NCBI GenBank assembly: GCA_965222115.1
Contig: CBDCTJ010000007.1
Coordinates: 832,001-896,000, forward strand
DNA from: Planctomycetota bacterium
GTDB taxonomy: Bacteria; Planctomycetota; PLA2; JAEUHO01
Direction: 5' to 3'
DNA: 64,000 bases
A program made the position numbers and the translations under genes. The notes under the pieces were generated by a model. The model saw only the letters and a list, made by a program, of their open reading frames with translations. It had not been told where the DNA came from and did not search any database. The stretch's first letter is position 1; every line of letters begins with the position of its first letter. Positions 57,238 to 64,000 of the stretch are shown here, in pieces.

Positions 57238-58521
57238 CTAACTTCCCGGTAGATAGTTAAGCGTGGTGTTGATGTCTTGAGGCTCTGGGAACACGGCGGC
57301 CGCGTCCACGCCCACATGACGTGTAAGCGCCTCTTTGTAGATGTCGCGGAAGTCTACGTTGTAGTCGAGCCACGGTTGGTCAGCGATATCGGGCTCGCTG
57401 AGTTCGGGGCCATACAATCCTTGAATGACGGGTCCACCCGCTGCCATCAGCGTATTCCCATGTCCGTGGTCGGTGCCCAGTGAGTCGTTGTCGAAGTTGC
57501 GACGCCCAAACTCGGTGATGATGAGGACCAGCGTGTCGTCCCACACGTTCATGTACTTCATGTCGTCGGAAAAGACCTTGAGCGCGTCGTCCAACCGTTT
57601 GATCAAGTCGGCCTGCGTGCCGGTTTCCGATCCTTGATCGCCATGCGTATCCCAGCCGCCAAAGCCCGTATAGAACACCTTGGTTTCGAAACCGTATTGA
57701 ATCAACCGCGCAATGTCACGAAGCCAAATGCCGGGTGCGCTATCCGGATAGAGCGCGTCGTGGGGCGAGTTGTACTGCGTGACGGCGTCTTGGATTTGAC
57801 TTGCCAGCGTGTGACTTTGATCGAGTGCAGTAGCCGCTTCCGTGCTAAGCGTATCGCCCGTGTAATCTTCAAGGAGTTCCTTGATCACCTCCAAGCGCAA
57901 CAGGTAGTTTTGGTAATAGTCATAGTCCGCACGAAAGTCGAACTGTTCCAGTCGGTTGGCCATGAACGATGTGGAAGAACCGCCTTCGACGTCTACGGGA
58001 CGACCTACGCCAATGGTGACCGTGCCCATGGGTGTGGGCGCCGCGAGGTCGGCCACACGGGCAAGCCAACCACTTTCGGCAATGGGCAAGGGTTCGAACT
58101 CGCCGCGCACGCCGCGGCTGTAAATGTCTTGGCTGGTGAAGTGACTGAGGTTGGCCGTTGGGTAGCCCACCTTGCGGAAGATGGCGCCGTCGCCCGCGTT
58201 GTAGAGTGAAGCAAAGCCGTCGAGATTGGGGTGTGTCGCGTAGTCGCCCGTGCCATTCAGGGGCAGGGCATTGGCCGCTGCGATGTTGATGTCGGGCCGC
58301 TCGCTGTAGTAGGCATTGTTGGTAACCGGCACAATCATGTTGAGCCCGTCATACCCGCCGTAGCAGTTGATGATGACCAAGCGCTTGTGATTGGGAAGCG
58401 GGGCGCCGGCGGCTAGGGGGAGTGACATGCGAGCCAATGGGCCCAGCGCCGCAATGCCGGCGCCCGCCATGGTGAATCGCAGGAGATCGCGTCGGGTTAC
58501 GTTCTTTGGTAGGTGCGCCAT
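57238..58521 (-). CDS. DUF1501 family protein (Tat signal)
   Basis: TRRDLL, GGYDGLN, SHF, GGWDTH, TEFGR, GTDHG. Confidence 0.92.
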   Translation of the reverse strand: MAHLPKNVTRRDLLRFTMAGAGIAALGPLARMSLPLAAGAPLPNHKRLVIINCYGGYDGLNMIVPVTNNAYYSERPDINIAAANALPLNGTGDYATHPNLDGFASLYNAGDGAIFRKVGYPTANLSHFTSQDIYSRGVRGEFEPLPIAESGWLARVADLAAPTPMGTVTIGVGRPVDVEGGSSTSFMANRLEQFDFRADYDYYQNYLLRLEVIKELLEDYTGDTLSTEAATALDQSHTLASQIQDAVTQYNSPHDALYPDSAPGIWLRDIARLIQYGFETKVFYTGFGGWDTHGDQGSETGTQADLIKRLDDALKVFSDDMKYMNVWDDTLVLIITEFGRRNFDNDSLGTDHGHGNTLMAAGGPVIQGLYGPELSEPDIADQPWLDYNVDFRDIYKEALTRHVGVDAAAVFPEPQDINTTLNYLPGS

Positions 58522-58582
58522 GATGGTTCCTTTGCGTGTGCCCGTGAGGTTGTGGGTCCGGGACCAAATACTGTGTTGATTG

Positions 58583-60469
58583 CTACCGCGTGAGATAGGT
58601 GGGGTGTTGACTCATGATGTAAAGCAGGCCGCGCACCTTCTTGTCGATCTGTACGTCGTCGGTGGGATCCCACGGATCGTTGACCACCGTTCCGGTGAAG
58701 TCGCGATCTTGCTCCAGGTATGTAGCCATCAGCGTGTGGTCATCGACACTGAGTTCGAGACGCAGTCGTTTGGCCAGCGCGTCCACCACGTCATCCGACG
58801 TGGGCGTGCCAGCCGGCAGCAGGTCGGCAACATCGATGCCCAGCGTTTCATGCGCACTGCGAAGTTCCGCAGCGAAGTAGTTGATTAGATTGGCGCGTTC
58901 CACCATGTCTTGCGCCGAGAACCATGCCGTGCCTTCGGGCCAGCCATCCACGGTGGGCGGTTGACCGATGAAATTACCCAGTCGTTGCATGCGGTCGTAC
59001 ATCGTCGTGGGATCGCCAATCAGTCCGGTGGAGCGCATGAAGCCCAGAAACTGCTCCATGGGCGTTTTGACGATGCCTTCTTTCGCCGGTAGCGAATAGA
59101 ACGCCTCGGATTGAAACAGCGCCATGAGCACCGGTTTCAATTCCCAGTTCGATTCAAGCATGCGCGCCATCTGATCGACGAGTTCCGGTGTCGGGTCGTC
59201 CATGCAAAAGTGGCGGAGCAGGGAACGGCAGAGCCACTCGGCGACCGCACTCACGCCCGTATGGGGGTTCTTGAACGCGAGGGTGATATCGACAACTTCG
59301 GCGTAGTCATCGCCCGCGTTTTGGGGCGCAATGCGCGACCCCAGGATCCACTTCTCGTCCGGGTCGTGGAGATCGGGATCGAAAAGCACATAGCTCTGTC
59401 CCGTGTTGGTGTCGTACTCCAGCTTGTAGCCTGTAAATGCGCGAGCGGCTTCGACAATATCGGCTTCTGTGTAGTGGTTATCGACACCGAGGCAGTAGAG
59501 TTCGAAGTACTCGCGACCGAAATTCTCATTCGGTTCAACTTTGGTGCTCTCCACACCGTCGAGGAACTCGAGCATCGCCCAGTCGCGAGTCATGGCGAGA
59601 ATCAAGTCTCGCGCGTTGCCCGCACCTTCTTGGCGCCACAAGTTGATCTGATTGACCATTGTGTAGCGCGTGGTCTCGCCCAAAACCTCGGACGAACAGG
59701 CAAAGTGATCGTGCCAATGAAGCGCTAGTTTTTCCTGGAACGGATTGACCGTGCCCATGCAGAGCGCTGTCCACCAACGGGTGATGTCCCATGACGCAGG
59801 AAAGCGTCCCTCGGGATCCTGCGTATCAACGAGGTACGCGGCGCGCACGTCGGCTTCAAGTTGAGGTTGATCAAAGAATGTCGTCATGAGATCGACGTAC
59901 GCGGCAAGCCCGCGATTCACGAGCTCGGTGTAGTGAAAGTCAGAAAACCCAAAGTGGGTGCGTTCCAGGAAGTGTCGCAAGTCGTCGTCGGTGAGGGCGT
60001 TCATGGGCGCCATCGACTTGTAGTCCACCCACTTGATGGTGAGGTCTACGCTGGCCGTGGTTTCGCCGCCGCTGTTGCCGGCTGTGACGACAAACGTTGT
60101 TTGATCCATGGGCTCAACCGGTGTGCCTTCGATAGCGCCAGAGCCTGCATTGATCATCAAACCTGGCGGCAACGCGGGCGCGACCGCCCACGACGTAATG
60201 GGGTCGCCATCGGCCGAGGGGATGTTGGGATTGATGGCGCCGTCGGTGCGGTATTCGGCGCTAGGCGCGCTGTACACGAGGTTGCTGGGCGGTTCGATGA
60301 TGGGTCCAGCGTTACCACCACCGCCTCCGCCGCCACCGCACGAAGCGACTACGAATGCCGTGGCCACCACCCAGCAGGCGCTGCGTAGCGTGCGCCACCG
60401 TCGTGGAGACGCAGAAGTGCCAGATGGTTGATGTGTACACGTGTGTCGATGCGTATAGGATTGCGCCAT
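58583..60469 (-). CDS. DUF1800 family lipoprotein with putative Ig domain
   Basis: WHDHFA, PNENFGREYFEL, YTEADI, ARAFTG, PPTVDGW; lipobox VASC plus poly-Gly. Confidence 0.9.
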   Translation of the reverse strand: MAQSYTHRHTCTHQPSGTSASPRRWRTLRSACWVVATAFVVASCGGGGGGGGNAGPIIEPPSNLVYSAPSAEYRTDGAINPNIPSADGDPITSWAVAPALPPGLMINAGSGAIEGTPVEPMDQTTFVVTAGNSGGETTASVDLTIKWVDYKSMAPMNALTDDDLRHFLERTHFGFSDFHYTELVNRGLAAYVDLMTTFFDQPQLEADVRAAYLVDTQDPEGRFPASWDITRWWTALCMGTVNPFQEKLALHWHDHFACSSEVLGETTRYTMVNQINLWRQEGAGNARDLILAMTRDWAMLEFLDGVESTKVEPNENFGREYFELYCLGVDNHYTEADIVEAARAFTGYKLEYDTNTGQSYVLFDPDLHDPDEKWILGSRIAPQNAGDDYAEVVDITLAFKNPHTGVSAVAEWLCRSLLRHFCMDDPTPELVDQMARMLESNWELKPVLMALFQSEAFYSLPAKEGIVKTPMEQFLGFMRSTGLIGDPTTMYDRMQRLGNFIGQPPTVDGWPEGTAWFSAQDMVERANLINYFAAELRSAHETLGIDVADLLPAGTPTSDDVVDALAKRLRLELSVDDHTLMATYLEQDRDFTGTVVNDPWDPTDDVQIDKKVRGLLYIMSQHPTYLTR

Positions 60470-60861
60470 GATCGCCTTGCTTGTTCCACGGGAACGGACG
60501 GCGCACGATGTGGACGCGGCGTACGTGTCGTATGCCACGGTTCAGCACGGGTGAATCGAGCGCCGGTTGTTGACTGTATTTTGAACTCTTTACGGTGTCA
60601 TAGAACCTAGACGGTCTCTTTAAACCTGGACCGTGTTTCAAGTCGTGGGGATTTTGATTTTTCCCATGCCGGCGACCGCACATCGGCAACGGTTCCGTAC
60701 GCCCATCGTATCTAGCCACGAACGTGAGTGTTGGGACGCGGGTTCTCGGAATTGCGTCAAGACGTGTTGCGTGCGTGCAACATACGTCGTCGCATGCACG
60801 CAACTCCGCAGGCGCATGCGGTCTCCGTTTCGTTAGCCGTTTCCCTTTGCAAAAATAAGAC

Positions 60862-60889
60862 CGCCAAGCCGCACGAATACGGCTTGGCG
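60862..60889 (-). terminator. Intrinsic terminator after DUF1501 gene
   Basis: CGCCAAGCCG/CGGCTTGGCG 10-bp stem followed by GTCTTATTTTT on the minus strand. Confidence 0.75.
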
Positions 60890-60931
60890 TAGTAGATGAA
60901 GCGCTGTGAACCGGTAGCCTACCGCTACACG

Positions 60932-62281
60932 CTACGCAACGAATCCGATGTTGGTGTTGATCGTTTGCGGTTCGGGGAACACCACGCCGGCATCAAAGCC
61001 CATATGGTCCTGAATCGCTTCGCGGTAGATATCGCGGAAGTCGAGCGAGTACGCGTTGAGCCAGTTGGGGCCGCCCACGCCATCGGCGCCCGAGAGAATC
61101 TCGGTATCCGTGGGGCGCACACCGTATTCGCCCGACTGCGTCCCTCCGCCCGCGGCGAAAAACGTGTTGGCCTTGCCGTGGTCGGTACCGCCTGAATCAT
61201 TTTCCTTGTTCGTACGTCCAAACTCCGACACGACCAGGATCATGGTGTCGTCGTAGACGCCCATGTGTTTCAGATCGTTGACGAAGTTCTCGATGCCCTT
61301 GTCTAGGTAGTGAATCAAGTCTTGCTGTCTCGCGTTGGTGATGCCTTGATTGCCATGCGTGTCCCAGCCGCCCATGCCGGTAAAGAACACGCGCGTATCA
61401 AAGCCCGCCTGAATCATCATAGCGATGTCGCGCAGATGACGTCCCGGTCGGCTGAGGTAGGTACGGCCAATTTGAACGGGGTAGCTATCCATGAACGGCG
61501 TGTTGTAGCTGCCGAGTGCAGCCTGTAACTGATCCGCGAGCGTGATGCCCTGATCGATAGCGTTGGTTGTCTCTGATGTCGCCCCGCTACTGCCTGCGAA
61601 ACCGTTCAGCACGTTTTGCACGGTATTCATGCGGTGCAACTGGTCGTTGTCGCTGCCCCAGTAACGAAGGAACTTGAAGCTCGATACGCTACCCAAAATG
61701 AGCGGCGTTCCGGCGCCACCCTCAACGTCCATGGGACGGCCCACGCCAACCGCGACCGCGCCCGTTGCCGAGGGAGCATGGGCATCGGCAAAGCGTGCCA
61801 TCCATCCACTCTCGTCGATGCCAAGCGGCGTAAAATCGCCGTCCACGCCAAGGCTGTAGATGTCTTGACTAGTGAAATGGCTGCGGCTTCCCGTCGGATA
61901 GCCAACCATATGGAACACGGCGCCCTTGCCGTCGTTGTTGAAGATGGATTGGAATCCGGTGAACTCGGGATGCAATTTCATGCCCGTTACACCATTGAGA
62001 TCCAGCGGGTTGTGGGCATCCGTGATACCCAGCGTGGGACGCTGCGTGTAGTAGGCCGACGAGTACATCGGGACGACCATATTCATGCCGTCGTAACCGC
62101 CGTAGCAGTAGATGACGACCAAACGTTTGTGGCCGGTAAGCGGTGCGCCCGATACGGGAGTAACCAATGCTCGGCTGAGTGAGCCCAAGGCGGTGAGCCC
62201 CGCGCCCGCCAGCGTGTACTTCATGACGTCACGACGCGTGACGCTTTTAGGGAGGTGCCTGCTCGGTGTGTTCTTAGTCAT
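60932..62281 (-). CDS. DUF1501 family protein (Tat signal), second paralog
   Basis: TRRDVM, GGYDGMN, SHF, GGWDTH, SEFGR, GTDHG. Confidence 0.92.
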   Translation of the reverse strand: MTKNTPSRHLPKSVTRRDVMKYTLAGAGLTALGSLSRALVTPVSGAPLTGHKRLVVIYCYGGYDGMNMVVPMYSSAYYTQRPTLGITDAHNPLDLNGVTGMKLHPEFTGFQSIFNNDGKGAVFHMVGYPTGSRSHFTSQDIYSLGVDGDFTPLGIDESGWMARFADAHAPSATGAVAVGVGRPMDVEGGAGTPLILGSVSSFKFLRYWGSDNDQLHRMNTVQNVLNGFAGSSGATSETTNAIDQGITLADQLQAALGSYNTPFMDSYPVQIGRTYLSRPGRHLRDIAMMIQAGFDTRVFFTGMGGWDTHGNQGITNARQQDLIHYLDKGIENFVNDLKHMGVYDDTMILVVSEFGRTNKENDSGGTDHGKANTFFAAGGGTQSGEYGVRPTDTEILSGADGVGGPNWLNAYSLDFRDIYREAIQDHMGFDAGVVFPEPQTINTNIGFVA

Positions 62282-62347
62282 GGCGTAACCTCTGATTTCC
62301 TTATCAGTAATCGGTTTCAAGTTGAGGACGGATTCGTGTTGAGGGAG

Positions 62348-64000
62348 CTATCGAATCGAATAGCTCGGGTCAAGCGACAAGATGTAGAGCAGGCCGCGCA
62401 GTCGAATGCTGATATGGCCCGCATTCGTCGGATCGAAGGGCTCTGACGAGTCAATCGTTCCATCCGGGTTACGCGTCGTGTTCAGGAAGTCGATGTATTC
62501 CTGCCGGGATTCGGGCGTGAGGGTCAACCGCAATTGAACCGCAATCGCATCTACGACTTCGCCCGCGGTAGGCGTGCCCGCCGGCATGAGCGCTGCGATA
62601 TCGCCCGCGTTGTACTGCAACTGCCAGTTCACCGCATTGGTGCGGTCAATCATGGATTGCGATGACAGCCACTCGGTATTGACTGGCCAACCGTCTACAA
62701 CCGGCGGTTCAGACGGGCGATTGCCCATCAAGTTGTTGTAGCTGTCCGATCGAACGATGATGTTGTTGTACAGCGCGGCATCGTCATCCGGATCACCGAT
62801 CAAGCCTGTGGTGCGTCCAAAGCCGATGGTGAGTTCCACCGGACTCTTCACGAAGTCAGCGGCCTTTGCCTTCGTAGAAAACATGGCGCGTGAACTGAGC
62901 ATCTTTGCCAGGACAGGTTGCATTTCCCAACCACCGGTGCGCAAGTCGTCGGCCAACTCATCGATCACCGTTTGGGGAGGATCGGGATACAGGAAGTACT
63001 CAAGCAGTGACCTCATGATCCACTGTGCACAGCGACTCACCTCCACGCCGTTGGCGCCCGGCACCATGTCGCCGAGTGTAATGTCCACCATGCGCTCGTA
63101 GTCGTCAGTGGCATTCTGGCCTACGACCGTTTGACCCAGCACGGTCTTGTCGGTGGCGTCGTGCCGCGCAGGAACGAACTCAATGTAGCGTTGTCCGGTC
63201 GTGCTGTTGTACTTGCTCTGGTAGCCGGTAAACGCGCGCGCCGCTTCGGCGATGTCCCCTTCGGTGTAGCCGTTGTCCACGCCAAAGCAATAGAGTTCAA
63301 ACCACTCGCGCCCGAAGTTTTCATTGGGCGAACTGCCAACACTGCGAACGCCATCGAGCCACTCCAACATGGCCCAGTCTCGCGAGAGGTTCAAGAGGAA
63401 CGTTCGCAAGTTGCCGCTGCCGTCTTCGCGAAGTTTGCGAATGTGCTCAATCATGTAGTAGCGACTGTTCGAATCCGTGTCGGTTACGGCGGTTGCAAAG
63501 TGATCGTGTAGTTTTAGCGCATAGACCTCCTGGAACGGGTTGTCATTGGCGCCGATCATGTAGAGCCAATAACGGGCTAGGTCGGTAAGTGACGGATGCG
63601 TTCCGTTGGGGTCATTGGTTGCATCGATGATGTACTGATTGCGCGCGGCGGTTTCCAACGCGGGCGTGGCACCCAACTGGGTCATGTCATCGACATACTT
63701 GCCAAATCCCTTGGAGAGAATGGCGTCGTAGTGATCCTGGCGGAAGCCAAAATGCGTCCGGTTGAGAAAGTGGCGTATGTCGGCGTCGTCGGGCGAGGCG
63801 TGAAGCGCCAAATCGCGAAAGTCTGACCAAACGATCTCAAGGTCGAATGTGACCGAATCGGATCCCGCAGAGTTGGTACCCGTAATCATGAAGGTTTGCT
63901 GAGGCATGGGGCGCGCAGGCGTACCCAAGATGGCGCCCGACGCCGCGTCTTGATAGAGCCCCGCCGGAAGTGCCGGTGAACACGTCCAAGTGTCGACCGG
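62348..64000 (-). CDS. DUF1800 family protein with putative Ig domain, second paralog (5' end outside window)
   Basis: HDHFA, PNENFGREWFEL, PPVVDGW; frame stays open to the window edge (PVDTWTCSPALPAGL). Confidence 0.9.
   Translation of the reverse strand, partial: PVDTWTCSPALPAGLYQDAASGAILGTPARPMPQQTFMITGTNSAGSDSVTFDLEIVWSDFRDLALHASPDDADIRHFLNRTHFGFRQDHYDAILSKGFGKYVDDMTQLGATPALETAARNQYIIDATNDPNGTHPSLTDLARYWLYMIGANDNPFQEVYALKLHDHFATAVTDTDSNSRYYMIEHIRKLREDGSGNLRTFLLNLSRDWAMLEWLDGVRSVGSSPNENFGREWFELYCFGVDNGYTEGDIAEAARAFTGYQSKYNSTTGQRYIEFVPARHDATDKTVLGQTVVGQNATDDYERMVDITLGDMVPGANGVEVSRCAQWIMRSLLEYFLYPDPPQTVIDELADDLRTGGWEMQPVLAKMLSSRAMFSTKAKAADFVKSPVELTIGFGRTTGLIGDPDDDAALYNNIIVRSDSYNNLMGNRPSEPPVVDGWPVNTEWLSSQSMIDRTNAVNWQLQYNAGDIAALMPAGTPTAGEVVDAIAVQLRLTLTPESRQEYIDFLNTTRNPDGTIDSSEPFDPTNAGHISIRLRGLLYILSLDPSYSIR

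Noticed and set aside
1023-63826. Numerous antisense or alternate-frame ORFs overlapping called genes
   Set aside because: Expected shadow ORFs in GC-rich DNA, with no motifs or RBS support.

Overview
A 64-kb, roughly 60% GC bacterial chromosomal window. HEAT+VWA, prenyltransferase-fold and paired DUF1800/DUF1501 genes suggest a Planctomycetota-like host; this is inference. It carries about 45 protein genes and one tRNA-Gly(GCC). It also has a complete type I-C CRISPR-Cas locus (cas3-cas5-cas8c with internal cas11-cas7-cas4-cas1-cas2; 33 repeats, 32 spacers), a molybdoenzyme with Moco genes, and an intact group II intron. Two structures are not explained by routine annotation. (1) Removing the intron rebuilds a 39-bp sequence that is an inverted copy (36/39) of one on the far side of a GxxExxY nuclease-fold gene. 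This defines an ~0.8-kb inverted-repeat-bounded cassette whose repeat is the intron's EBS1 target. (2) A ~460-nt, densely base-paired segment (573-1034) ends in a tRNA-Gly-like T-arm/acceptor/CCA, has a candidate compensating 5' strand and contains a short tmRNA-tag-like frame. It is a candidate large ornate ncRNA. Protein calls rest on motifs read by eye and some start codons are best guesses; no searches were run.
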